From assembly GCA_010015585.1 (NCBI GenBank), contig ML975159.1: 64,000 bases of DNA; one strand, given 5' to 3'. Both the position numbers and the translations under genes were made by a program. Origin of the DNA: Eremomyces bilateralis CBS 781.70. Taxonomy: Eukaryota. A model generated the notes under the pieces. The model was not told the DNA's origin. It searched no databases and was given only the letters and a program-made list of their open reading frames with translations. Positions 37,900 to 51,790 of this stretch are shown here, in pieces. Each line of letters opens with the position of its first letter. Within the stretch, counting starts at the first letter, position 1.

Positions 37900-38224
37900 G
37901 GGGGTATGGTTTGAAGGACTCTTGCGGGTGATAATCTGGGAAATGTAGACTCACCTCTGCCGACTTGGGGTGGTCGGATACTGTAAATATATAGACTTCG
38001 CTCTGCGATAGATTGGATGTGTTGACGATCACGTTTCTCGACGGGTCCGTTTCGGATGACATGGACTCTCATTATTTTCCGTAACAAACCTGATATAAAT
38101 GCTGTGACCAACCCAGCCGATTCTCCAGACGCCAAACGCAGCCGCCAATGCAGTCCAGTCAAGAGCGCCGCTCCGATGTTAAAATCTATTGTACACACGA
38201 CAAGAACAAACCCGGATCCTTCCC

Positions 38225-39168
38225 TCAATCTTTCCATCGGTTCAAAAACTTCTGCATATCCTCATTCACCCCGGGTCCCGGTGGCGCCTATCACGCAAAT
38301 TAGCATCACCCCCCAAAATCCAAGAAATCAAATAACTCACCGGATTCTCAATCATCGTAATCGTATACGACTTACTCTGCGTCACTGTCGTCATAATACT
38401 CGGACTCGCCGGCGGCAAAAACGCCGTCGCGATAATCACGTTGCTGGTCGGATACAACGGCGGCTTATCCTTCGCCGTGATCTGCGTCGGCGGCAAGCTC
38501 TGCATGGGCGCGTATCGGGTGAGTCCCGTCTGCTGGCCGAACGGCACCGCGAAGTCGCCCGTCGCGCCGGGGTTCGCGGCCGCCATGGCGTTCTTGCGGG
38601 CGGGGCCGGCAGTGGTGCTGCCGAGGGTGGAGAGGGCGGTGACAACGTTCGCGGGGAAGGTTCCGGTCATGCCGGAGAGGGTGAAGCGGCCGGAGTAGTT
38701 GGTGACGGTGCCTTTGGGGGAGGTGGAGATGATTTTGATGAAGCTGGGGGGGTTAGCGATGGGAGGGAGGGATATACCGGGGGGGGAGATCGTACTATGC
38801 GTTCTTCTCGGGGCCTCCTACGGTTGCGGAAACCACACCCTGCGCGATGTTACCCATGGAGAATTGTCCGGCCTTGACCAAGGGGACGAGATCAATCTAT
38901 CCGTATCGTTCAATCAGCAGGTCTTCTCTTCCTTCAATCTTTCTCTCTTTTCCCAACGTACAAATGTCCCATCCGTGTTCCCTCCCGCGCAAAGAAACAC
39001 CTCATACGTCGTCAAGTCCGCCAACGCCGGCGCTTCTCCGGAGTCCTTCCATTCCATCGACACTGCGCCCACGGGGATCGTGCTCCCGGGGGCAGGGGTG
39101 ACGAACGTGATGTCGGCGAGGACGGCACTGGCGAGCGATGTCCAGAGGACGAGGAGGCTGGATCGCAT
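38225..39168 (-). CDS. KRE9: Kre9/Knh1-family secreted beta-1,6-glucan synthesis protein
   Basis: Signal peptide. Exons 39168-38962, 38896-38796, 38743-38341 and 38287-38225. Motifs NYSGRFTLSGMTGTF, QTGLTRYAPMQ and MQKFLNRWKD*. Confidence 0.9.
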
Positions 39169-39922
39169 CGTGGTGGGATGGTCGGATGTCGTATGTGGCG
39201 GTGAATGTCGAGGGTTGAATGAGGGACGGCGGACGAGCGAGTGAGTCCGTTGGGCCCTCAGGTTGTTAGGAGTTGGAAGTCTTAGGGGGCCAGTTCGTAT
39301 GAATCATTTATAGAGGGGGTTATAATTGGCCGTGAAAGAGTCGGTGGGTATCTTCAAACCAAGTCTCTTCAGACCAAGTATTCGTGTATGACGACGGAGA
39401 TGAAGTCGAAGGCGGGAATGAGGGAAGAAATCTGTGAGATGCGTTGTGATTGGCCCAGAAAGGAGATATACTGTTGTCGTCACTCCTCCTTTCTTCCGTT
39501 CAACATACCTACATTAGAGATACATGAAACATACCTGTGTTACTCTTAACTTGCTACTTGAATCATAAGGTGGGATTGATTCATTAAATCGTTAGGCGAC
39601 TGATGTACTCGATATGCTCGATATGCTCGCTACGAGATCCATATTGCACAAATAGCCCGCCCCACCCTGCGTGGCTCTATCGTTTTCTTACCCCCTTCGT
39701 CCATGCCTTCTCTCAGACCATGATATATGCCTTCTAGCAAAGGCTCGTATACGGTATGTCTAATTCCCGGAACGACCCTTTCAGATGCTCAAAACGAAAA
39801 ATGCCTACTCCCTGGAAATGCCGCCCCGTGGACAACGCTTCCACTCCCCCTTCCCATCAAATTTCCGTTCGAACCTCGAGGATTGCAAATGAACCATGTG
39901 ATATCCCACCACTCTCCCACCC

Positions 39923-40876
39923 CTACCCATTCTCCCTCTCCTCCTCCCTCCTCCTCCTCCCCGGTAACATTGGCTGAAACCCATCCGGCAACCTCCCGCT
40001 CACCAAACTCGCATGCTCCGCCGCCATCTGCAGCGCCACCGTCTTCTCATACAACCGCTGCGCATCCACCTGCAACTCAAACCCCGTCAAAAAACACAAA
40101 CTAATCTCCAACGTCTTCAACTCCCCCTCGCTCACCCCCCCCACCCCCGCGAACCGCTGCTGCGGGTACCTTAGGTCCTCCAACGCCTTCATCGCCACCC
40201 GCAACGCCGCCAATACCAATCGATGCACCGTCCGCGCCGTCACCGGCACCGTCCGCTCCTCCACCCCCAGCTTGCAGATGTACGCCCCTGCCGCCAAGTA
40301 CACCGCCGTCGACATCGGGCAGTACCGCTGCAGCCGCGCGAGGTAGTCCGCCAGCGCGATCGCCGGTGCCCGCTTGCTAAAGAACTTCCGCGCGATCGCC
40401 TCATGCTGCGCGCGGAGGGGTGCCTGCGCCACAGTGCGGGATCCGACGCTGGGTTCGTGCGTGCTGGCTTCGGGGGCGCCGACGTCGGGGGGGTGGAAGG
40501 CAGGGGGGCGGAGGTCGTCGGAACTGATGGGCGTGGCAGGGCGGGAGGATGAGCGGTGGTGGGCGCGGGTCTCGTTTGATCCTGGTTCTTCGGATGCCGC
40601 TTTGGGGGTCGAGGGCCGGGAGATGGGGGGCGTCGGGGGGATGTCGCCGGTGACGTTCGCGAGGGTCTGCACGCTGCGGCAGAGCATCTTCATGGCGGTC
40701 TCCGGGCGGATGTCGAAGACAGACCAGTTGGCGGGAGGGGTGGAGGGGGCGGAGGAGGAGGGGGAGGAGAGGGGAGGGAGAACGCCGGCGTCGGCGGCGG
40801 GGCTGGGGGGGGGAGGGGGGGCGGGGGAGGGCTCGACATCTGGCACGGCCGGCCCTTGCTGCGTAGCGTCTCCCAT
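39923..40876 (-). CDS. Pho80/Pcl-family cyclin
   Basis: Motifs FFSKRAPAIALADYLARLQRYCPMS, VHRLVLAALRVAMKALED and FAGVGGVSEGELKTLE. Confidence 0.9.
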   Translation of the reverse strand: MGDATQQGPAVPDVEPSPAPPPPPSPAADAGVLPPLSSPSSSAPSTPPANWSVFDIRPETAMKMLCRSVQTLANVTGDIPPTPPISRPSTPKAASEEPGSNETRAHHRSSSRPATPISSDDLRPPAFHPPDVGAPEASTHEPSVGSRTVAQAPLRAQHEAIARKFFSKRAPAIALADYLARLQRYCPMSTAVYLAAGAYICKLGVEERTVPVTARTVHRLVLAALRVAMKALEDLRYPQQRFAGVGGVSEGELKTLEISLCFLTGFELQVDAQRLYEKTVALQMAAEHASLVSGRLPDGFQPMLPGRRRREEERENG

Positions 40877-42432
40877 GTCGGCGTGAAGTCGTAACAACGT
40901 AAACAAAACTCCAAATGACTCGGAGGGAAGGGAATCGTGGGGATGAACGTCGTGTACTCGACAAGGCTACAGCGCTGGGCAATATAAAGTATTATGACCG
41001 GTCTCGTGATGCAGTGGTCAAGCATTCAAACGCAGGAGAACGAAACGTCAAATCACCTGCATCCACGATTCGGTTGAACGTCTTGCTCGCGTCGTTCGGA
41101 GACCATGTGCATCGCGGAACGTGGCCGTGGTCGTCACCTTTCAGCAGATCTGGTTGCGAGCACCGGGGAGTGGTGAGCTTCGCACTGTTCGCAGCATGCA
41201 GGAATCAGTGTCGCACAGTTATGGAGAAAGACAATCATGCAAATGCAGCGGGACCCGGCCCGCCTCATAGCGACGACGGAAGGCCACTGCTGGTTCCGCA
41301 GCCCATGATGAACCGAGCCCGCGGACTGGCTCGCACGCTCAAACCAGGCGTCGATGGGAGGAACAACAGCCGGGGCGATACAGCCAGCACTGGATGGGAA
41401 TCGGGCGCTAGGTAATTCCCGCACCGGCGTCACCGTTCAAGTTTTCGATCCCAGGGCCTCAAGTAGTTAGGCCGGCGCGCTCGCATTGGGGTTCCCGCCG
41501 GCGGCCCGAAACGAGTGGGAGGGGCAGCATTGCAGAACGGAATACAGCGAGGCGACAGAGGCGCGGTGAGATGGGTGGGATTGCACCCGGCCGCTCTGGG
41601 GGCCTGGAACGTCGATGGCGAATGGGGAATGACGGGAAACGTGTTGGCAGCGGAGAAATGGCTTAAGCTACGAGGGGTTCTACTCCGTAGGGGAAAAGGG
41701 AACAGAAAGGGTCATGTGGTTCGTGATAGCCCAATCTGGGAAGAAAGGGGACGGGGTCGGACTTGGTTGGATCAGCAGGACAACAAATTTGGCTGGCGAA
41801 TCAATGAACTGAACGATGCTGGGGGCCGGAGATATCTCCGATGTCGCCTGGTTAGATATTGCGGAATGAAGAAAATGGATCGGAAGCAGCTGTCTTAAAT
41901 CATGGTGCTTGTATCGAGCTTCTCTATGCACCTCCAGGGGAGCTTGAGGATCTTATTCGATATTGTACCACTAGCCACAGAAGTTATGCAACAAAGCCTG
42001 GGAGAATGCCTTTCGTTCAACTGGCTGAGATTGAGACTACATTATATACAAGAAGTCCACCATGTTTGCCAGCTTCAGAATAATGCTCCTCGTGTCTCTG
42101 CTGCTTGCGTCGATGCCGCTTGATGTATTCCTTCCGCATCGACCGAGGTCGAACACATCCAAACTGAACACTACTATACACACCACTTCGAAGTCCAAAC
42201 TCTATACAAGTACCGAACCCTTCAGCCTCGCTCGTAATCGTACACAACCCTCAATCCCTCCGGTCGATCGTACAAAGCCCGAGAACCCACCAAATGCAGC
42301 CTCCTTGACCCATATTCCCTAGATCCCATATCGATACAGATCCAATCCCATGCTTTTTCGCCCAGGAACACAGTTCTCTCGTCCCCAACTCTCACCTCCA
42401 CATCCACCGTAACATCTCCTGCGTATGCCTTT

Positions 42433-42862
42433 TTACCTCCTCATCTGCTCCAACTGCCTCACGATCAACTGCGTCCCGTCCAGAAACCGCTCCACGCAAT
42501 TGGTCATGCACGGCTCCTCATACTTGTCCAGCTTCCCGTTCGCGATCCGCGCGGTGATGCATTTGCGGAAGCAGAGGTCCGTGAGGCTGTGTATTGCTAT
42601 TTCACTAATTAGCTATCATTTCTCCTGGGCGGCGTTGGAAGTGCGCTCGTCCTCTCCGCTTGGTCGCTCGGGATGGAGATGGCGGAGAGGTGGTTGCGGT
42701 GGTGCTGCAGATCCGTCACGTACATTGTTGGAGGGAGGCTTTTTGGCTCTCCGCTTGGATGAATTGGCGAAGCTCGGCTTTATCGGTGTCGGAGAGCTTG
42801 GTGAGGTCAACGCCGCCTGCGGTTGTAGGGACGTTGCCGCCGCCGCCGAGGATGGATTCCAT
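42433..42862 (-). CDS. TIM8: Small Tim chaperone (twin CX3C)
   Basis: Exons 42862-42724 and 42596-42433: ELRQFIQAESQKASLQQSIHSLTDLCFRKC..CMTNCVERFLD. Confidence 0.9.
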
Positions 42863-43395
42863 GGTGCTTGGTCGAACGGTGATGGGCGATGGGTGTGGGA
42901 TGGAGGATGATTGGGAATTTGGAGAATGAACGGTCAAGAGGAATTTAATGGAAGGGAAGTGACGGATGTTTTGACCTTACTTGTTCTTGGAATTGAATTG
43001 AAGATATGAGAACACTTGGATTGTTTGAAGCTTTTCATGGACTCTCCGGCTGCACAGGGAAATATGGAATGGCCCGAGCTTTGGTCATGACAACATGAAC
43101 TTCTTCATCGCATACCATCGACCAAGATCCAACTATATCATCTATATTCATCCGGTCTGCCTTAATCGGTGCCATTTCAGTGGAAGTTATGTCTGATAAT
43201 CTAGTAGAGTCGCAATCCTAGGGTGCCTTGTCACCTACGAAGTACAGGAATTGTTCTTACAATCCAATTTTGAGTCAACCCCTTGATTTTACCAGCTGCA
43301 ATGCAGCCAGCATTTATACACTAGTCTCTGGGTGTGAAAATGCTGAACAAGAGGAGTACGTTATATACATGGCGTCAAATGGTTTTGTGCACCAT

Positions 43396-44355
43396 TTAAC
43401 ACTTCTTGAACCCGCTGACCTTGCACGTCTTTCCATCATTCGCATTGCTCTTCAACTTCTTGCTCTCTCCCTTATGGTTGGTCACGCCCTGGTAAATATC
43501 ACAGCCCTTCGATTGACTCTGGCAGCTGTCCTTGATGGTGCAAGTATCTGGTTTCATGTCAGCGTCCCGTTATCTCAACTTATATCCTCCAAGCACTCAC
43601 CTCCGTAGTTCTGGTTGATGCCACACAGCGGCCCCTTTCCAATTGCCGTCACCCCGGTGATCACCACGTTCCTCGGACCACCGTTCCCCTCGCAGTCACC
43701 GCAGCTCCGAATCAACTTCCCGTAATCCTGCACATAGAAGTCGGTGATCTCCACGGTGCCCTTGCCGTTGAACTGCAACACCTTGTCACTGGCGCCGATG
43801 GCTCCACCCCCGATGACCTTGGACGTGCCGCTCTTTTGGTTGAAGGTCGCGGCGTCTTCGCAGACCTTAGTCCACCAGACGTTCGTAATGGTGCTGGGCG
43901 ATCATTAACTTCCGAATGCATGCGCAACGGGGTCATACGTACCAGGTTCCGCGGCAATGCACCCCTTCGGCCTGCGACGCTCCGATGATGACATTGGACA
44001 ACGATCCGCCGTCCTCAATGATGAACATCGCGTCCTTTTCTCCCGTCTCCTTCTGGCCCTGGCAGACCTTGGCTATCCACCTCATCCATCAGCGATCGAA
44101 CCCCCCCTTCGGCTCGGAATACTTACGGTTTCGCTCGTACCGCTTGTTCTTCCCGTCAAACGATGCCCCGGCCTTCACCGTGATCGCCGTCTTCGAATTC
44201 TCCACGCCCGACGACGGCGGGACCTTCGCCTGCCGCGCCACCAGGGATGCTTCCTTCTGGGTCTTGGTCGGCCCTTCGATCAGCTCGACCGGCTCGGGGA
44301 GCGCGGAGGCGACGGCGGCCCACAGGGCGACGGCGACGGGGAGAGAAAACTTCAT
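43396..44355 (-). CDS. Secreted pectate lyase, family PL3
   Basis: Signal peptide. Exons 44355-44127, 44072-43943, 43893-43601 and 43547-43396. Motifs [23 protein letters not shown] and [11 protein letters not shown]. Confidence 0.92.
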
Positions 44356-45563
44356 GGTGGGCGAGGGATGGATGGAATGAATGGCACAGCCAGTAGAACG
44401 AATGTAAAGGAACGGATGTCTGGACTTCGTAGAGGAGACGAGATAGCGCAGATACGGGAAAGATAGAAGTTTGATGCTGGAGGGAACGACTCGCGAGATA
44501 TATCACTGTAGTGAGCAGATTTACATTAATATACGTCAGAACTCATCCGTCGCTTGACCGCACCGTCGAGTCTACTTCATACGCCGGCCGTGAGTGGAGG
44601 CCAAAGGTCCACAACCTCCAGCGCCCTCGGAATTCCACCAATCATCTCCCCATCTCCCTCTATATTGTTCTCCCTACCCAGTGTTCATCAACATGAATAG
44701 ATAGCCTTCCCCAGGTTTCGCAGGCGCGTTGCCTAATCCGGGCGCCTGGGAGCGCAGCATGGCAGGTCGTGCGAGGGCACGTATATCGAATCCGATGTTT
44801 AACGAACACAGATAGATTGGCGCCAAGTGCCCATGCGTTGAGTGAAACCTACGATCGATCAAAACATGTTGGTGGGGCGGCGCAATATCGATGAAACCAC
44901 GACGCTTGACTGGCCATGGATCAGGTGCGCTGATCCATGGATATTGCGATGGGGCGGCGAAGGGATAAGAAAGGCTCGCTGTAAATGCGGAGGGGTAGGA
45001 CCGAATTAGCGGTTGGAATGCACCGATGGCACGTGGATGGGGGATGTTGATTGCTGGACTGTTTTTGGCTCATAAATTGATGAGTATGAAGCCAATGGGA
45101 GAATATGGGGAATACTTTAGTCAACGAAACGAGTTCCCGGTCGTCAGGAAGGTTCGCGGAGGGTGATCGAGGGTTCATGGAGACTAATTCCAATTAGACT
45201 TCTGGCTCGGGACTATTTCATTGGAGCGTTCTCTCGTTCTCTACTATATTTCCCTGGTTGATCTGTGCGAATCTTGCTCACGACCAGCGAAGAGCGAAGA
45301 ACGACTGTAGATCGAAGGACGTGCCTCACTCCAGCCTCACAGTCGATGGAGAAACTCCCAAAGTGATCATGCTCGTTTGTAATTTCTAATGCAAACATTA
45401 TCCATCATAAGCAGTCTCAACGCATACGACTTCAATGCAACGCTCTACCGCGTCGTTCATCCCCTATGATTACCCCTCGCTCGAAATAAAACCCCATATC
45501 ACAATACTCCAATCCATGGCACACCAATCACCAGAATATCTTCTCTTTCCTCCTCCCCCTCTC

Positions 45564-47473
45564 TCACGCCAGCCACGCTCCAAACAGTAGCGAGAGAAGT
45601 GAGAACGACCACGTTCCGTATCCCGTCGTCACGCCCCGCGACGCGGCACCCGACGGTTTGGTCAACGGTGCCGCAGGTCGCGATGCAGAGGGACCGCCGG
45701 CTCCGCTGGATGGGCTGCCACTAGCTCCAGCGCCGCCTGCTGGAGCGTCGGTCGCTCCGGGACCACCGGCACTGTTTCCGCTCCCATTTCCACTTCCGCT
45801 CCCACTTCCGCTCCCACTTCCGCTCCCACTTCCACTTCCGCTTCCATTTCCGCTTCCACTTCCGCTTCCACTTCCGCTTCCACTTCCGCTTCCACTTCCG
45901 CTTCCACTTCCGCTTCCACTTCCACTTCCACTTCCACTTCCACTTCCACTTCCACTTCCACTTCCACTTCCACTTCCACTTCCGCTTCCACTTCCGCTTC
46001 CGCTATCACCACCAGTGCCGGCCGGGTTACCTGAATTCCCTTCTCCAGTTCCCGACCCCGACCCAGTACCAGGTGTGGCTCCAGCCGCCGGGGCACTCCC
46101 TGGCGTGTCTCCGCCAATCGCACTAATGATGAACCCCGACAGCGGATCGCTCGGCGCCGGAGCGCCCGGTGCAGCGGGTTCAGCAGGTCCAGCGGGTGCG
46201 GCTCCGGGAGGGGACCCAGCGTTGTTTCCGGGGTTTGCGGGGGCGTTGGGTGCGGGCTCTGGGGCAGGTTGCGCGGGAGCGGAGTTGGCGGGGGGGTTTG
46301 TGTTGCCGCCAGGGTTGAGGAGGGAGGCAATGATGCCGCCGACATCGTTGCCGGGAGAGGGTTGGGGTTGGGGGGATGGGGCGGGCTGTTCAGGCTGGGG
46401 GGATGGTGCCGGTTGTTCAGGCTGGGGCGTTGGTTCGGGTTGGGGTGGTTGGGCTGATGGTTCTGGTTGTTGTGGTATGGCTGTTGGTGTAGGCGGTGTA
46501 GGCTCAGGATCGGGATTCTCCGAGATTCCTGGAGGCGTTGGCTCGATAGAGTCGTCGAAACTGACGCTCGTCTCGGTTAGGAAGCCGACGGTGTTTACGG
46601 GCATGACAGGAGCAACGACATCCATTTCGCACATGGAATAGGGTTCCAGCTCCGGGAAGTGGAGCCTGGTTTGAGCTCCGATCCCTTTCTGTAACCCGTG
46701 TCCCACCAAGGTATATGTAAGTCCGAGACTGTCGTTAGATTCAGGATACTTGTGTCCACCTGTCGGCCAGGCGGAAGCACAGCTAGTGGCAGAGGGGCGA
46801 TTCGGCCAGGAATCCGTGGAGGGTCCATATGCGGATGACATACAGCTTTCCCAAGGATCTGTGTCCCCTGGCCAGGTATAATAATCAGTCACCTCTGGAT
46901 ATGGCGGATGAGATTTCAGAGTTAGGGTTGTACCGCCTTTTGGCGCTGTAATGCATGTTGGGGCGTTATCCGTTAGACCTCCCGATGCCGTCGTCGTCGA
47001 TACATTGAGAGTCCCCTCCCAGGAATACTTTTCGCCGTATTCCCACCAGATGGACGGATAGGTGATGACCTTCGTTGTATTGACCGAATTGTACCCTTCG
47101 TAGACGAGTGTCTCGAGAGCGGTGCCCGCCGCATTGGTCGGTGGGGGCGTGATTCCCGCGGGTAAAGTATTCGTTATGGTTGAGGTCTTGGTCGTGTTGG
47201 TCCGGTTGTTCACGATATATATGACCGTGGCCAGAGTGATGTTGCTAGTGATCGAAACCGGCTGCCATATCCAAGAGGTGAGGTCAGGGGCAGCGTATGA
47301 GCAGTCGGCTGTACATGATGATGCTGGGCCAGACGATTTGGTTATCGAGCTGGAGACATTATGGAATACTGTGGAGCGGTTAGCCAAATCTCGATCCGAA
47401 AGATGCACTTTCACATACACTCAGCATTAGCGAGGGTGAGAAAACTGCCGAGAACGACAGTGGATAAATGCAT
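45564..47473 (-). CDS. Secreted, probably GPI-anchored Pro/Gly/Ser-rich cell-surface protein
   Basis: Signal-peptide exon 47473-47419 (MHLSTVVLGSFLTLANAE) spliced to 47368. Cys-containing N-terminal domain, PQPEQPAPS repeats, a long (GS)n tract and a hydrophobic C-terminus after SGAA. Confidence 0.8.
45776..46003. repeat. Coding hexanucleotide repeat TTCC(A/G)C encoding (Gly-Ser)n
   Basis: Read directly from the sequence. Confidence 0.95.
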
Positions 47474-48959
47474 CGCTCAAACAACACCCATATCAACACT
47501 TCTATATGAACGAATGACTGGATCCAACGATAAAGAAGAAAAGAAACGGGACAAAACACAACTGGGCGCTGACAATAATATGGGCGATCCGGAGGCAAGT
47601 GGGACTTCGCTGACAATAGGATGGGACTTGGGAGATCCGGAGACATCTGCATTCTACAACTCCATCGGGGCTCTGGCCTTCGTACAACTACTTTATGGAG
47701 CATAGCCACCATCCAGGGTCGGTGGATCTAGTTGCGGATCTAGCAGGGAATGATTCCGAAGTGGACTACTACTAATTACGTAGTAAACTGGTGCCTGTTA
47801 CCTGTTAACGGTAGTCGGTAAAGTCATAACTCCCAAGTCTTGCTGATCATAACAAATGCATCAACGCTCCGACTCAACAAGTACGGATTCCCCCTGGTCC
47901 GTTGCCAATTGGCTTATTCGTCGTCCAACGCATCGCCGATGCGCCCGACAGCGTTGCCGTTGCTTGGGCTGCTTGGGATATCAAGGGGAACTTGGCCTGA
48001 TTGGCAATGGCACGGTCTGGGATTTCATCCAACCAGTCTCTTTGTTGCTTGGGCGGTAAGATTACTTGTAAGCCGTAAGCCTCATCCAGCCAAGCGAGGT
48101 TTCGGTCTGTCGGTGCGTTTACCGTTCAGCCCTTCAGCCTTGCGATCGGATCACTCGTTTTGGCCGCGACACAAGTTGGGCAGGTGGTCATCATTGATGT
48201 TGTTAGGTCTATCGGAAATTATCTCCTCACCTCTGGGTAGCCGGCACTGTGTTATGGGAAATTTGCGGCATCAACAGGGTGTTTATTTGCAGAGGACAGC
48301 TCACGAAGAACGCCTACCTCGGTCGTGATGGTGTGAGCCTTAATTACTAGTACGGAATAGTTAATAATATAATTATGTTAGATTTGGAGGGGCGACAGGC
48401 GCCTTGGGCCATGGCCTGGGCAACCGGAGTTCCCGAAATCTGCATGATTCTCTGATTTCCCCCAATTCATCCCATGTTCCATCCAATGGTCCGACATCAA
48501 CATCATTTTCGTTGATGCTGCCAATAACTCTAAACTCACACTATCATAATTAGCGACTTGGAGAGACTCTGGTACCTGGAGGCTAGAGTGGACTCGCGAC
48601 ATAAAGAGTACTCATTCAGCACTACAGCAGGCGTACGGATGGTTTGCATGGGAAGCTTTCATTGTATCGTTCACAGTTGAGAGTACAATGATATGCAAGT
48701 GAGATTTATTGCATCAGTAGTGAAACCTTTCTGACTCCCGTAATTACATTCTCTTTGGTCTTCGAGTGCTTGCGTATTGCGAACATCGTTCCCCCTGCTC
48801 TCTGGGTGTCGCTGTAGCTAGGAATTTATGCAGTCCTTCACTCAATCGGCCGTCCGCATCGTTCTATTAGACATGTCAGAATGCGATAGTTCTCAACCTT
48901 CCGCGCGTTCATCTCTCTTACATACCATCCCCTCGATATCGCGTCGTTCATCCTGTCAA

Positions 48960-49283
48960 TCATGCCAATTGTCCGGACGTGCCACTTCCCGATGACGCAT
49001 TCGCATTCTGCTGACGTCGGTACTCCGTCCGCATCTCCACGATCCCCTTCTGCTCGCGCTCATTCCATGCCCAGATGTCATCGTACTCGGTGAGCTGGCC
49101 GCTGTTGATGACCTCGTCGAAGCGAAGGAGACAATCCTGCGCATGGCGAGTGAGGATCGTGAGCCATTCACGACGCGAATCAGGGAGGGGACGGTCGGGG
49201 TCGGTTAACTTCCGCTGGCAGTCGGAGATATGGAAGACGAAGGACTGGCGGCACATGTCGACGAGGTCTTCGGTTGTCGACAT
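48960..49283 (-). CDS. Unassigned 107-aa protein
   Basis: Single ORF with a CACCATG start context and a TATA-like sequence upstream. No family recognised. Confidence 0.5.
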   Translation of the reverse strand: MSTTEDLVDMCRQSFVFHISDCQRKLTDPDRPLPDSRREWLTILTRHAQDCLLRFDEVINSGQLTEYDDIWAWNEREQKGIVEMRTEYRRQQNANASSGSGTSGQLA

Positions 49284-51076
49284 GGTGGTTGACGATGAGC
49301 TGCTGTTGGAGCTGGAGGTGATGTGTTGTGTTGGTATACGAGCAGATAAGGTATTTTCCAGACTATAAACAACGGCGAGTGAAGAAGATTAAAAGGACAG
49401 GTGAGGTTCGTGATAGCCTAGGGAAGAGAAACGATTTCACTGACTGGATTTACATGCAATGATTCACATTACATTCACTCCATCATTTGGTCTTAATGAG
49501 TCCTCTTATGACTTGACTACCTTCCCAATCTCACATTGTCCCTCTGAGTACTTGAACGATATGCCACAAGGCACATCAACCCGATATTCACCATGATACC
49601 CGAACAATCTCACATTGGAAATGCAGACCGGTCTCAGATCCGTACTGAAGGATCCAAGCGACTTGGACCTAAATGGCTGCCTGACAGATTCCGTTACATG
49701 TGCTACTCGGAAGGTGGTCTCGTCATCATCACTGTCAGCTGTGTGTTTAGAGTTGGACATCAGTGATATTCTGATGGCCTGGCATGGTGTTAGGAGTCAT
49801 GGACTGAAATAGCCCACAGCGGTGTGGGAGTCACTATTTCCCTCCGGGTTTGTTAATGGTCCGGCGGTGAATATCGATGATGATACCTAGAAGAAGAGCA
49901 TTAGGAGAGACGTTTGCAAGAGGCGACCGCCGACCCAGGTATCAGATCAAGATGCGGTTTTACGGTTCCTTGTTCATCCTCCATATTGGATCCTGCGCTT
50001 CAACGTGTAGCTGGAACGGTCGAAAGCACCAATCATTTCTCCATATATAATAAATCGTTGAGTGATATAATTCTGATTGACGGTCCTCTTCACAATGGAG
50101 GTTGCTATGGTATCCCTCAGAGCTGTTGACGACACTAATTTTATGTGGCTGTACTTTCTCCGTAAGCGACTTGAAGTATTGAAAGAAGCTCTGATGCCGC
50201 CCTGTATATTCATGCTAAGTCCCTAAGCATTCCATATCCCATCCCATGTCTTGCAAGGTCATTGTTGACGTATATGACCATCACCAACCCCTGGGTGTCC
50301 CACTGGTTCTATACCTTATTGCCCTCCAAGATCCCTTTCTATCCTCCGACCTACTTAGCCTTGCCATACTATGGACCAGTTCCAAATAGCTCCTCCACCG
50401 TTCGATTGTCGGATAACTGGACAACTGCCCGGCAGGGGATGGCATATACTGCTTGCCCAAAGGAATGATTGAGAGAGGCTATGTTGGTGTCCGTCATTGC
50501 GTTCAGATGAATACGATTTCAATTCTACGATCCGTCTTACGAATATCGTCCGCTGTGTTGTTGTAACTGTGTATGAGGAAAGATCTAAATGGTTTTTGAA
50601 GGTGCGAAATGATTTTATGCCCTGCGGCTACTGCATCATTTACTAAAATCACTGACTGTCTCGTGGTATCAGAACGAAGTCGTACATGGGCTCTAATAGA
50701 AATAACCGGTTAGTGGGTGTAAACTATGGATTTCAACAATGTATATATACTATAAATTTCTGGAAGAGGAATTATCAATGGGTAATGTAGGGAGTTTTGT
50801 GCATTGATGGCGTCCTGATGATCTAGACAAGCTGCACACAGAACAGGTTTACTGAAAGCGGTTGATTGAGGGTGAAAGAGTGATGGTGAATATATCGTTC
50901 ATGAAATAGAGTCTTCTGGTCCTCACTTTCCAAATTTTCCCAATGTTCTGTTCAATTCCCTTACCCACTTAATCCTACTCTAGGCATATTAACACTGGTA
51001 CATATACTCGCATTCACAAGGCACTCCCGCTTTACCCCCCGAACTTTTTGACTGAAACACCATTTCCCTAGTTAAC

Positions 51077-51790
51077 ATGGCGCAACGATGGTGGAGGACC
51101 TGGGAGGACACTCCCTTGCCCCGAACAAAAGTCAAAATCCTGCCGGATCCTTCTACGCTTTCCAATGCAGAGATATTGGATGAACTGCTTCACTCAGCGG
51201 ACCAGGGAATGTATATGCCAAAAGATCTACGCAATGAAATCGATCAAACAACGCTCGAAATCATCCACGCGCAAGGCAACAGTCCTCTTTGGGTTCGCCA
51301 TGCCAGAATTAAAGCGATCGCAGGAATGATCCATCGCCTCCATTCACAGCTTCAGAGCAATCGTGACTTGGCATCCCATGTGCATCTCATCGAAACAATT
51401 GACTATCTGAAGTACGAGCGAAAATGGACGATGGACGAGTTGAGGGGTGAAATAGCGCATGTAGGTTTACGGTCGGTTTTGTTATGTTTGTTATTAACAT
51501 CACTCACTGGCATTCAGCGACAAGATGAAAAGACGATGAAGGAAACCTGCGCTAAAGGGGGAGTCTTCATGAATATACATGCCCTGGCCTTGGAATACGA
51601 CGCAATGACGTGGTATATGGGCCTCGAGGAAGAATTTCATTCGAGGCGAGTGCCCGGCCGCTCCGGGCATGCCCCTTACAACGCATCAGTCCGTCGATAC
51701 ATGCTACGAAACCATAGAGCACTCTTTGGACCGGATGGCAGAGTGAAGAGGGCGGAAAAGGCAAATGTTACGGATCAGCCGAAACCGTGA
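51077..51790 (+). CDS. Hypothetical protein
   Basis: 237-codon ORF containing a probable 57-nt intron at 51461-51517 (GTAGGT..TTAAC..CAG). No family recognised. Confidence 0.6.
   Translation: MAQRWWRTWEDTPLPRTKVKILPDPSTLSNAEILDELLHSADQGMYMPKDLRNEIDQTTLEIIHAQGNSPLWVRHARIKAIAGMIHRLHSQLQSNRDLASHVHLIETIDYLKYERKWTMDELRGEIAHVGLRSVLLCLLLTSLTGIQRQDEKTMKETCAKGGVFMNIHALALEYDAMTWYMGLEEEFHSRRVPGRSGHAPYNASVRRYMLRNHRALFGPDGRVKRAEKANVTDQPKP

Noticed and set aside
45658..46641. Poly-(LP) and poly-(EV/EA) ORFs
   Set aside because: Alternative-frame and antisense shadows of the hexanucleotide repeat.
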